64,000 nt of DNA, taken from NCBI RefSeq assembly GCF_001194135.2, contig NC_069002.1, positions 37,475,433 through 37,539,432 on the forward strand, read 5' to 3'. The translations under genes and the position numbers were made by a program. Positions within the stretch are counted from its first letter, which is position 1. Each line of letters starts with the position of its first letter. Positions 1-12,600 of the stretch are shown here, piece after piece. Under the pieces are notes generated by a model, which searched no databases, was not told the origin of the DNA, and saw nothing but the letters and a program-made list of their open reading frames with translations. This DNA comes from Octopus bimaculoides (Eukaryota).

Positions 1-836
1 TGGTGGTAATGATGGAGCATGGATATTGAAAAGCTAACAAACCTGCACATCTCAGCAAGTGGTCATCCTCTTACCTCTCTCAGGACCTATGAGAACACAA
101 AAGCAGTGAAGGAAGTCTAGAGGGGTTAAATGGTTCATGTGGCCAAGACATTGTGTGCAACAGTTTAGTTCATCTGCACACAGATGCCTTAGTGCATACT
201 TAAAAGCACGGGGACCATTTCTTTCTCAAGAACACAACACAGCTCAGTTTGAGAATTGAACTCACTACCTTGTGATTGTGAGCCCAATGCTTTTACCACT
301 GAGTCATGCATCTTCACAGTTAGAGGTAGAGAAGAGAGAGAAAGCATGTTGTTAGAAAATTCATTGTCAGAAAGGATTTAAAAAAAAGAGAGAAAAGATA
401 CATTGAAGGTTACAGCAGATAAAGAGGAGAAAGGGTCTTAATAAAAGTGTGAAATTCACAGGAGAGGAGAAAAAGTGTTGGTAGAAAGGGTCACATTCGA
501 AATAAAGACGGGAGAAAATGTTGATAAAAAGTTGAATAACACAGAAATAAGTGTTGGTAGGAAATTGAATTTATAAAGAACAAAATAGAGACGGTTTCAA
601 AGGACGTAGTGTGAAAGTAAATGAGTTGTAGGAATCTATCCTGGAGACAAATTGAGAATTTAGATATGGATGCAAGTAAAAAGGGTTTTTGTTGAACCAA
701 AGTTCAGTAAAGGTTAAGTAGAGGACTTCCGATGGAAGGGATTCCATTCAAATTATTTTTGAGTGACACACCATATAAAGTGTATCCGTTCATCTTCTAT
801 ACTGAAATAACTTGGCTACATAAACTGTTCTCCACT

Positions 837-3800
837 TAGCTATGCAGACGATCTTCCCTTTGGCTATACACATGATCTTCCGTTTAGCTACAAACGATCT
901 TCCGTTTAGCTATACAAACGATCTTCCATTCAGCTGTACAAACGATCTTCCCTTTAGCTATACAAACGATCTTTCCTTTAGCTGTACAAACGATCTTCCC
1001 CTTAGATTTACAAACGATCTTCCCCTTAGCTATACAAACGATCTTCACTTTTGTTATACAAACGAGCTTCCCTTTAGCTGTACAAACGATTTTTCATTTA
1101 GGTAAACAAACAATCATCACTTCAGCTATAAAACGATCTTTCCTTTAGCTATACAAACGATCTTCCCTTTACCTATACAAACGATCTTTCCTTCAGCTAT
1201 AAAAAAGATCATTTCTTAAGCTATACAAATGACATTCCTTTAGCTATACAAACGATTTCCCTTTAGCTATACAAACGATCTCCCCTTTAGCTGCACAAAC
1301 GACCTTCCCTTTAGCTATACAAACGATCCTCACTTCAGCTATACGAATGATCTTTCCTTTGGCTATACAAACGATCTTTCTTTTAGCTATACAAACGATC
1401 CCTCCTTAAGCTATACAAATGACATTCCTTTAGCTATACAAACGATCTCCCCTTTAGCTATACAAACGATCTCCCCTTTAGCTGTACAAACGATCTTTCC
1501 TTTAGCTATACAAACGANNNNNNNNNNNNNNNNNNNNNNNNNNNNNNNNNNNNNNNNNNNNNNNNNNNNNNNNNNNNNNNNNNNNNNNNNNNNNNNNNNN
1601 NNNNNNNNNNNNNNNNNGCTGTACAAACGACCTTTCATTTAGCTATACAACCGATCTTTCCTTTGGCCATACAAACGATCTTTCCCTTCGCTATAGAAAC
1701 GATCATTCATTTAGCTATACAAACGATCTTTCCTTTGACTATACAAACGATCTTCCCTTCAGCTATACAAACGATCTTTCCTTTGGCTATACAAACGATC
1801 TTTCCTTTGGCTATACAAAAGATCTTTCCTTTGGCTATACAAAAGATCTTTCCTGTAGCTATACAAATTATGTGTTCTTTGGCTATATAAACGATCTTCC
1901 CTTTAGCTAAACAAACGATCATTCCTTTGGCTATACAAACGATCTTCCATTTAGCTATACAAACGATCTTCCGTTTAGCTATACAAACGATCTTCCCTTT
2001 AGCTATATAAACGATCATTCCTTTGGCTATACAAACGATCTTTCCTTTGGCTATACAAACGATCTTTCCTTTGGCTATACAAACGATCTTTCCTTAAGCT
2101 AGGAAAATTCGTTTGTATAGCTAAAGGAAGGATCGTTTGTATAGCTAAAGGACAAATCGTTTGTATTGCTAAAGAAATCTCGTTTGTATAGCGAACGGAA
2201 CGATCGTTTGTATAGCCAAAGGAAAGTTCGTTTGTATAGCTAAAGGAAGGGTCGTTTGTATAGCTATAGGGAAGATCGTTTGTATAGCCAAAGGAAATAT
2301 CGCTTGTATAGCTAAAGGGAAGATCGTTTGTATATCCAAAGGAAAGATCGTTTGTATAGCTAAAGGAAAGATCGTTTCTATAGTCAATGGGAAGATCGTT
2401 TGTATAGCTAAAGGAAATATCGTTTGTATAGCTAAAGGGAAGTTCGTTTGTATAGCCAAAGGAAAGATCATTTGTATAGCTAAAGGAATGATCGTTTCTA
2501 TAGCGAAAGGAATGATCGTTTGTATAGCCAACGGAAAGATCGTTTGTATAGCCAAAGGAAAGATCGTTTGTAGAGCTAAAGGGAAGAACGTTGGTATAGC
2601 CAAATGTAAGGTCGTTTGTATAGCTAAAGGAAAGATCATTTGTATAGCCAAAGGAAAGATCGTTTGTATAGCTAAAGGGAAGATCGTTTGTATAGCCAAA
2701 GAAAAGATCGTTTGTATATCTAAAGAATGATCGTTTCTATAGCGAAAGAAATGATCGTTTGTATAGTCAACGGAAAGATCGTTTGTATTGCCAAAGGAAA
2801 GATCGTTTGTATACCTAAAGCGAAGAACGTTGATATAGCTAAAGTGAAGATCGTGTGTATAGCCGAAGGAAAATTCGTTTGTATAGCTAAAGGGAAGAAC
2901 GTTGGTATAGCCAAACGAATGGCCGTTTATATAGCGAAAGGAAAGATATGAAGATCATTTGTATAGCCAAAGGAAAGATCGTTTGTATAGCCAAAGGAAA
3001 GATCGTTTGTATAGCAAAAGGGTAAATCGTTTGTATAGCCAAAGGAAAGATCGTTTGTATAACTAAAGGAAAGATCGTTTGCATAGCTAAAGGGAAGATC
3101 GTTTGTACAGCTAAAGGGAAGATCGTTTGTATAGCTAAAGGAAAGATCGTTTGTATAGCTAAAGGGAAGATCGTTTGTATAGCTAAACGAAAGCTCGTTC
3201 GTATAGCTAATGGGAAGATCGTTTGTATAGCCAAAGGAAAGATCATTTGTATAGCCAAAGGAAAGATCGTTTGTATAGCCAAAGGAAAGATCGTATGTAT
3301 AGCTAAAGGGAAGATCGTTTGTATAGCCAAAGGAAAGATCGTTTGTATAGTCAATGAGAAGATCGTTTGTATGGCTAAAGGAATGATAGTTTCTATAGCG
3401 AAAGGAATGATCGTTTGTATAGCTAAAGGGAAGATCGTTTGTATAGCCAAAGGAATGATCGTTTGTATAGCTAAAGGGAAGATCGTTTGTATAGCTAAAT
3501 GGAAGATTGTTTGTACAGCTGAAAGGCAGAACGTTTGTATAGCAAAAGGAAAGATCGTTTGTATAGCTAAAGGGACGATCGTTTGTATAGCTAATGGAAA
3601 GATCGTTTGTATAGCTAAAGGGATGAACGTTTGTACAGCTAAAAAATGATCGTTTGTATAGCTAACGGAAAATTCGTTTGTACAGCTAAAGGGAAGATCG
3701 TTTGTATAGCTAAATGGAAGATCGTTTGTATAGCTACAGGAAAGATCGTTTTTATAACTAATGGAAAGATCGTTTGTATAGCTAAAGGGATGATCGTTTG

Positions 3801-4311
3801 TATAGCTAAAGATAGATCGTTTGTATAGCTAAAGGAAAGATCGTTTGTATAGCTACAGGAAAGATCGTTTGTATAGCTAATGGAAAGATCGTTTGTATAG
3901 CTAAAGGGATGATCGTTTGTACAGCTAAAAAAATGATCGTTTGTATAGCTAACGGAAAATTCGTTTGTACAGCTAAAGGGAAGATCGTCTGTATAGCTAA
4001 ATGGAAGATCGTTTGTATAGCTACAGGAAAGATCGTTTGTATAGCTAATGGAAAGATCATTTGTACAGCTAATGGGATGATCGTTTGTATAGCTAAAGGA
4101 AAGATCGTTTGTACAGCTAAAGGGATGTTCGTTTGTGTAGCTAAAGGGATGATCGTTTGTACAGCTAAAGGGAAGATCCTTTGTACAGTTGAAGGGAAGA
4201 TCGTTTGTATAGCTAAAGGGAAGATCGTTTGTATAGCTGAAGGGAAGATCATTTGTATAGCTAAAGGAAAGATCGTTTGTATAGTTGGAGGGGAGATCGT
4301 TTGTATAGCTA
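837..4311. repeat. 24-bp tandem satellite (consensus ~AAACGATCTTCCCTTTAGCTATAC) with an orientation switch at ~2095-2101
   Basis: Units read CTATACAAACGATC up to ~2100 and GATCGTTTGTATAG after it. The array has 23/24-bp variants and an N gap at 1518-1617. It produces the repetitive ORFs (AIQTIFPL)n and (IVCIAKGK)n. Confidence 0.97.
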
Positions 4312-4873
4312 TTGAGACTCCATTAATTTAAAGGTAAATATGTAATTGTAAATAGCATGCATCCTTGCAGCTGCTGCTATAATTATGAACTGGTAATTGA
4401 ATGGTAAATGAGTATTTTTATATACCTCTGACCTGCCCCCGAATTGTTTTTTGTCAAGAGTTGTGTCAGTCAACACACACTGACACAATGACACATCATT
4501 CCACTGTCATGGTTGGTTAAGACAGAAAGTTGCCAATGCATAATGTTGTTCATATTAGGATGTTAATTATTCATTTATTACAGGAGAATTAAAATTGAAG
4601 GAATAGAAGTGTAACAATATGAAAAGGGAAACAGTGTTATATGACATTACAATAGAGACCTTATTCATTCACTTTTGGCACATTATACGGAACCAATGCT
4701 AAAGTTATATTGCTTTAATGCAAAAATTTTATGTTGTCACTGATGGATTCTGATACTATTACCTTGTAATATTTGACTTGATTTGGTTGGGCCATTTGAG
4801 AAGGCATAGGGAAAAGACAGACAAAGAATTTTATATATATAGACAAAGAAGTCAACTTGTAGACAGAACTTAC

Positions 4874-5055
4874 AAACTCCGTCTGAGCGTATTAAGCTCT
4901 AGAAGAAAATAGCTTGAGTGAAAACTCTCGAGCCACTTTAGGATAGCTTTTTGTAACGCATGACCGCTCGGTGGCATGGCTGAAATCTCATTGATTAGTA
5001 ATGAAGGCGTATCGGCTGTATGTGGCCCATAGTGGTCATACATATGCATGCACGA
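4874..5055 (-). CDS. Internal coding exon of an unidentified gene (SCMHMYDHYGPHTADTPSLLINEISAMPPSGHALQKAILKWLESFHSSYFLLELNTLRRS..)
   Basis: Acceptor TTGTTCCTGCAG| and donor TTT|GTAAGT. The 182-nt exon is open in only one frame (phase 0 in, phase 2 out) and is phase-compatible with the 7514-7567 exon. Confidence 0.7.
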
Positions 5056-6727
5056 CTGCAGGAACAACATTTTTCAATAGAGATAAATGAAAATATTGTA
5101 TTTAAATAGATGGAGTGCAAAAAATTAAAAAGAAGTAATGTTGTAGGGAGAACGTAGAAATACTGCAAAGACAAAGATATTTACGCACAACAAAATTGAA
5201 ATACACTGAAGTCAATTTTTAGGCAGATGTTGCAAAACTGAATTTAAGCACACTGGGTGAACAAAAATTAAAAATAACTAAATTATTTTGGGGGGGAGAA
5301 TGTACAAAAACCGTAATAACAGAGATTTTTACACATGACTAATTGAAATACACTGAAGTCAATTTTTAGGCAGATGTTGCAAAACTGAATTTAAGCACAC
5401 TGGGTGAACAAAAATTAAAAATAACTAAATTATTTTGGGGGGGAGAATGTACAAAAACCGTANNNNNNNNNNNNNNNNNNNNNNNNNNNNNNNNNNNNNN
5501 NNNNNNNNNNNNNNNNNNNNNNNNNNNNNNNNNNGAGAGAGAGAGAGAGAGAGGAATTATTACTGAAGGGGAGAGAGAATATGTGTAAGCAAGGGAAACA
5601 AAATGAGAGAAGGGAGAGAATCAGTTGAAAACTGCAGAAGGTTTTAGAGAAAAACCCATGTAAAACACCATTTTTCTTCGTTTCTCACTTTATGTAGGAG
5701 CTCTGGGCTCCTACATGCACTCCTTATAGTGCATGACCATCCTTAGCGCATAAGTAATGCGTGTGTAAAATCGGTTGAAAACTGTAGAAATGCATTTGTA
5801 CTACACACACAGACATCTTTTGTTTTATACATATAACACTTGCCTTAGCCACACTGTGGGAGTGAACCTAAAACCTTAGGATTGCGGTTAACTTCTTAAC
5901 CATAAAACTATACATGCACAATTGTTTGATAAATATGTTACAACAAGAAAAAATTGAAGGAAAAAATAACCAAATTTGAAATTTTAATTCACAAAACAAT
6001 TTACATTTGTACATGAACCAAAATTAACTGGAAATCATTAAAATAGTTTCTCTGTGAAAACTTTTAATTCCCATAACAAAATATAAATGAATGTTCATTA
6101 ATAATGAAAACTCTTTAATATAATTTAAGATTGATTCCTGAGAGCTGTTTTTTAAAAATTCACAAATCAGATGTTTTTCTATTGGGTCCACAAAAAGCTG
6201 AGTCAATGAAGTAACGGAATAATAACAAGGTCATATTAGCAAACACTGTAATATGTCTATGATCTAAAAACACTTAGCTACTATGAACCAACTTCTGCCT
6301 TGTCACTTGACCTGCTAGAAATAGCAGCCAGATATACATCAAATTTTAGCCATCTTGGAAAAAGAAAAAAAGCAAAAAGAACAGACTGGACAGTGTAGCG
6401 TAATTGTACATGTGCCCCTAAAAGACAGGCTAATCATGGCTAGAGTGTCTTTAAACCAGAAATGACGTCAGTGACAACTTCCTCAAACTGACAAGTGTTT
6501 TGATTGGTTTGCAGCTCTGGGGTTAATTCCTCTTCTAAAGAAAAAATAATTGCTTGTGTGAAAGAATGGTGTCTTATCCAGGAGAAAAAAAAAATTCTAA
6601 TCTTAAAGAATTAACATTGCTAGCTAAAATGGATACCTGATGCCTGTGAAACTATTCAACATTTTTTAGTGGGAAACGGGTTGAGTGAAGTCGTATATTT
6701 GCATTTGATATTGTTACAGGGAAATTA

Positions 6728-7359
6728 CAAGGGAAGTCAAAATTTATCCACACTTTCCCTATAACATATCTTTATTATTGTCACACTGACTTCTGCGCAT
6801 GCGTGCTTACAGTTGGTACTATTGTGGCCATGTGATTGAAGTTTGAGCCTGATTGCACCATTTTTCTTTCTGGTTTTACAGTGTAAGCATGGCTGCTTCA
6901 CCAGCAATGTGCACCAACGAAGAATAAAGAACACTGATCCAATTTCTCTGGTTGGAAGTTGTGTCAGGTGCTAAAATTCATTGGAGGCTTTTAGCACAAA
7001 ACGGGGACAGTGCACAACCATGTAGAAGTGTGTATGACTGGATCAAAAACGTTTAAAAGTGGCTGGACAAGCGTGACACCCGTCAACCTCCACCACTGAC
7101 GAGAAGGTTCAACAAGCTCGAGAGATGGTAATGGTAAACTGGTTCACCATTACCATCTCTCAGATCTTTGTTCTTCTTTGGTGCACATTGCAAGTGGAGT
7201 GGCCATGCTTACATTATAAAACTAGAAAGAAAAATGGCACGATCAGGTTCAAACTTTGATCAAATAGTACCAACTGTAAGCGTGCATGTGCAGAAGGCAG
7301 TGTGACAACAATAAAGATATGTTATGGCAAAAGTGCAGATAATTTTTGACTTACCCTTG
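6728..7359 (+). mobile_element. Internally deleted mariner element with ~190-200 bp inverted repeats and TA target-site duplication
   Basis: TA|CAAGGGAAGTC...GACTTACCCTTG|TA. 6728-~6925 is the inverted copy of ~7165-7359. The interior encodes a decayed mariner transposase N-terminus (MAASPAMCTNEE*RTLIQFLWLEVVSGAKIHWRL...SVYDWIK). Confidence 0.88.
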
Positions 7360-7513
7360 TATATTTTTTACAGCTAGATGCAAAATTTCATACTATTAAG
7401 CACTGAAAAGAAAAAAAAGAAGTTTGGAAATGATTTCAAATAAGCAATAGTAATGTGCAAATGTGGCCACAAGCATAAATTGGAGGCTTTTCCAGAGCAA
7501 CAACAAGACTCAC

Positions 7514-7567
7514 CTTGCCAGTAGAAACATAACATCCAAATGCAGGCTGATAGGGACCAACAGCCTG
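7514..7567 (-). CDS. Short coding exon of the unidentified gene (QAVGPYQPAFGCYVSTGK)
   Basis: A long polypyrimidine tract precedes a tandem CAGCAG acceptor; donor is AAG|GTGAGT. The exon is 54 nt (or 51 nt), phase 0/0, and splices in frame to 5055. Confidence 0.7.
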
Positions 7568-8308
7568 CTGTCACAGAATAAAAGAAATAGAGGAAAAGAA
7601 GAAATTATGAAAAAAGGGCCAGCCCCATCAGAGAGTCAGGAAGTGATTAATAAAAATTGATAATAAATTTTATGTTGGGTTCTGTTGAGACATGGAATGT
7701 ATTCCAAAGGTTCCCTAAAAGTTGAAATATTGGAAAATGCTGTACCAGTCAATTATTGCAGCCAATTTAATCCAAATTTGTTCAACACTCTAAAAGTTCT
7801 GCCAATTCCATTTCACCACCTTAAATAATCTGAATAATAATCTACTTGTTCATCCACCCATTACACTTTAGTTAGAAAGGTGGATGTGGAGTGAGTGAGA
7901 GGTGGAGTAAAAGTGAGAGAGAGAGAGGAGGAGTGTGAGAAGAGAAGAAAGAAGTAGGGTAGGATGTATAATAAGGCGAAATGTGTCAAATGGTTAGTTG
8001 AAGGGAGAGACGAAGAGCAAGAGAAGTGTTAACTACATGCTGTAGGGTGGGTGGGGGAAGGTAAAGAGGAAGAGATATGTTTAGGGTACAATATTTAGTA
8101 GAGGGTGATGTTCTGGTAGTGAGGTTAAAGAAAGGCAGACAGAGAGAGAGATGGACAGAGGAGGCAGTTACATTAAGAGAGAGAGAGAGAGAAGCAGAGA
8201 GCATTTGCATTGTCAGAGTAGAGATACATTGACAGCAAGAAAAAGTAGATATAAACAAACAGCTGGACAGAAGTGAAATGAAACGAGTTTTGTAACTGAA
8301 AATTGCAG

Positions 8309-8339
<31 letters not shown>

Positions 8340-9234
8340 GTTGATAGAGAAAAGTATTATTTTTTTATTGAACTAAATCTATAATATTATTCTTCAACCA
8401 GTTCATTCACACTTTTACACTTTAGTTTGTTAGAGAGGAGGAGGAAGTAGAGTAAGAGAGAGGAAGAGGGAATGTGAGAGAGCAGATAGCCAGCTGATGC
8501 ATTATGCTGTCATTCATGGTTAGTGGAAGTGAGAGGTGAGAAGAAAGACAGAAATGTTAAAAACATGAAGAGGGGAATTACATGGTTAAAAAGTTTGTTG
8601 AAGAGGTAAGAGAGAAAGAGAGGAATATAAAATATTTAACAGAAGGAAATTTTAAAATCATAAAATATATTATTGTGACTGGAAGTGAAATAACTTAGCA
8701 TAATAAAAATAAAAATGAAAATCATCCTTTCGTAAATAGCTTCTCTTAATCTTTTTCATTCTGTGGAATTTCCATGGGTCCCTTTAATAATAATAATAAT
8801 AATAATTCTTTCTAATTCTGACACAAGGCAGCAATCTTGGGAGGGGTAAATTGATAAATTAATTACCATGGAGACTACTTGGATCAACTGAACACTCTCT
8901 TAAAATCTCAGGTTTTGAGCTTATGTTAGAAATTATTTGGCAAAACCTACAAGTTTAATAATATAAAGTACCAGTTGTGAAGTTGGGGTTAATTTAATCA
9001 ACTAAGCTGTCCCTCCAAATTTGTAGCGTTGTGCCCATGTTAGAATATATCATTAAGGACTGTAAATTGGTAGAATTGTTAGGGGGTCAGACAAAATGTA
9101 TTAAAGCATTCATTAAGGCTCTTCACATTCTGAGTTAAAATCCCAATCAAGTACTGGGATCAATTTAATCAATTATATCCACCCCACCAAATCTGATTAA
9201 ATAATTAATTTATTTATTTATTTATTTTATAGTT

Positions 9235-9640
9235 CTACCATTTAAGATTTAAAACATTTGTATTTTTCTCTATATGGTGGTACTGAGTGTGAAGCATGGA
9301 GGCACACTTCTCAGAGTCGTGCCCTCCAAGCCACTCAGTATACAGTTTCTGAACGTCTTCAACCTCTGTGGGTTCAATCAGGTCAATAGAGTTGTAAAGT
9401 TCTTCAACTTGTAATAATGTGCTCTTTGCCATTTCTTGTGTGGCAGAGGCAGCTCGGATTTGCCCACCACCATTGTTACATCCAGATGGACAGGCCATAA
9501 TTTCTACAAAATGGTATGGACACTTGCCTCGCTTAATCTTCTGGACAATATTTTGGATGTTTCGGAATCCATAAGCAATGGCAAACTTCAGTTCTTTACC
9601 ATCTTCTGAAGTTACTGTGATTTCTTTAGAGTCATTATTT
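9235..9640 (-). CDS. CIAO3: CIAO3 exon 9 (terminal)
   Basis: CAG acceptor at 9643-9641. Encodes [12 protein letters not shown]...[13 protein letters not shown]...LNLKW*. Confidence 0.95.
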
Positions 9641-12600
9641 CTGTGGAAAGAGAAAGGGAAAAATTTTAAATCAATAAATAAACAAAGAAAGGAAAAATGA
9701 CGAAATTGTTTTTCCAGACAGATGGTATCTGTGAATTATTTTTCTACAGTTCTATTTTCCTCAATCAATTAATTTACAATCTTGTACATACACTTAGTTA
9801 TTGTGTCATCACTACTTTGAAAAGCATTGAGAAAGTTCTATTTTGCTGATGAGGTCAAAATAAATCTAAAACATGTCCAGGACTGTCACCCCTATTTGCT
9901 AGAAAAGTGAAAATAATATAAGACATTAATCAATATTTCCCACTACATAATATTTTCTCGTTAGATTTTTAATTCACAGTTTTAGAATAGATATGTTGTA
10001 AGAGGGTTAGCAACAAGGAGTGCTACTGGCTGCAAAATACTGACTCAAAAAGGGAACTATGACATGTAAAAGAGAAAACTGTCATAGGATACATAGGGCT
10101 AACCCTTGATTTAGTACAATATTTCCTTTATATAACATTTTCAGTTGTTATTTTTTTTATTAAAGTATATTAAAACTAATAATAGCCATTTCTAACAAGA
10201 GCAAAATGTTATGAGGAGGGGAACTGTTGATTATATCGACTTCAGTACGACTTGACTGGAATTTTATTGACTTTGGATGGATGAGAGGCAATGTGGACAT
10301 TCCACAGCATTTGAGCTTAGAATGTAAATAGAACAAGAATTGTTTTGTTGAACACTCTAAAAGTTCTGCCAATTCCATTTCAGCACCATAAATAATTCTT
10401 TCTAATTTTGGCACAAGGCCAGCAATCTTGAGGGGAGGAGGTAAGTCAATTACATTGATCCTAATACATGATCAGTAAATGATCAACCCTAAAATGATGA
10501 AAGGCAAAGCTGGCCTCACTAGAATTTGAATTCAGACCATAAAGACAGACGAAATGCCACTAAGCATTTTATCCGGCGTGCTAATGATTCTACCAATAAT
10601 AATAATCCTTTCTACAAGGCCTGAAATTTGGGGGACTAGTCGATTACAATGACCCCGGTTTTAATGACAATAATAATTTACTTTACATATACACAAAAAG
10701 GTAGGATGGTCACAGTTGGAATGGTGTTGTTAAGAAGTTATTCAGAGATAACCAATCCACTTTCTTACCTCAATGTTTTTAATTCCAGTTCCTTGAGATC
10801 TTTACCAAACAGGTCTTTGGAAACAATTCTGAGTATATAGTTGAGAAAACCTCCAGACCCACCGCCTGCATGGGTAACTAACTTGTGGGGGGCATCACCA
10901 GGATATCTGTGACATATGGAGTGGAAAGTTTAAGGGAATTAAGTGTTACTTAAGAAACAAACAAATTAGTCGTGTCTAATAATGGATGAAAACAGGATAA
11001 TTTTTCTCAAGGACACCTTCTAATGTCCAATCAGTTTTAGCACCCATGATGGAACATACCGCCATTGAACAACTTGCCGCCTCCACAGACAGGATTCTGG
11101 AATTCTCTGGTTCCTTGTCATCTGCTGATAACATTGTTGCAGTCACTTCTTCGTCTTCCTCATGAACTTGCACTTCTTCTTCTGCATCAGACAATCCTTT
11201 GTTTGTAAATACCTTTCATGATTTATTCAACTTGTATATATTTGTGACTTTGAGTAAAAGCATTTAAAAGCTACAGCTTGGTTCTATGAATTCATTGTAC
11301 AGTGTTTTTTTCTTCGAATGACATCTTCTCTTCCAGCTTTCTGAACGGAGTCGATATTAGATGGTTTCACCAGATGAGACCACCACTCTCTATACACCAC
11401 ACAGTAAAGGTTTGGATAGTGACAGATAGAAATCCACACCTGAAGTGTTCACTGTGCAAGCTGTCTGTCCAGTGTCCCAAGAATATCTTATTATATGAAG
11501 TATCTAGTCTCTGAAATAGTTTGAGCCAGGGAAATTTCCAACCCACTTCTTTAATATCAAATGACAATGAAAAGCAAAAAATATAGAGCTGTTACTTACA
11601 TAGGATCAAGTTCCATTGCTGGTATCTCTGCTAACAACACATTCTCCTTCAGGAACATTTTATCTACTTCATCTGATCAAAAAAAAAAAAAATAAACAAT
11701 AGTTTCTAGTATAGACACAAAACCACAAACTTAGGGAGAGATTAGCTGATTAAACTGATTCAAGTATTTGACTGATGAATAGCAAAGATGATCACAGTGA
11801 ATTTGAACTCAGGATATCAAGGGCCATGACTAAATCCCTCAAAGCATTTCATCCAAACCAATTTTGCCAATACAACACCCTACAACAACAGTAATAATTA
11901 ATCATTTCTTACACAAGAACAAGATGAGAAAATTTAGGGGATGGTAACGGTCAATTATATTACCTCCAAACACCTGACTGGCTATTTTATGAAGCCCCAG
12001 AAGAATATAAGCCAAAGTTGATCTCAGCTGAAATACAGAATGAAAAGTGCTGTCACGATATTCTACAAGAAACGGCTTCACCCAAGCAATGTGACCGATT
12101 CCGGTGTCACGTAACTTGCACTCATGCCAGTGGCATGTAAAAGCACCTATTATGCTCTCAGAGTGGTTGGCATTAGGAAGGGCATCCAGCTGTAGGAACC
12201 ATGCCAAATCAGACTGGAGTCTGGTGCGGCCCTTCAGCTTACCAGCCCTGGTCAAACTATCCAACCATTGCCAGCATGGACAACAGATGTTAAATGAAGA
12301 TGATGATGATGACATTAACGTGTATATAATATATTATAGAAACAGTAGAAACATAGAGATAACTCACCAGTACTGATAACACAATCGACATCTCTGGTGT
12401 TGTAGATGTCATTGTAGAAGTCTTGGCGTGAAGCCTCCAGCTTTTTATCATAGCATGGCATCACAGTGACATGGTAGATGTCACTGGGCCTCTTGCTATG
12501 GAGGTTGGCAAAGAAGTCTTTCACATAGGATCCCATGATTTGCTGTGGAGATTTTGTTGTGCTGATGTAAGGGAGAATAAATGATCCATGGGTCTTTTCG

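Noticed and set aside
837-4311. CRISPR-like appearance of the 24-bp repeats
   Set aside because: Units are contiguous with no unique spacers, there are no cas genes, and the context is eukaryotic.
842-4331. Long ORFs (AIQTIFPL)n and (IVCIAKGK)n
   Set aside because: They are by-products of a stop-free 24-bp unit, open on both strands and broken by 23-bp variants.
5194-5462. ~147-bp exact tandem duplication
   Set aside because: It is near-identical and ends at an N gap, so it is most likely a contig-end assembly artefact.
6630-6650. U12-like donor GTATCCAT with a 7-nt candidate exon on the minus strand
   Set aside because: It would frameshift the orphan exon pair, and no matching branch site was found.
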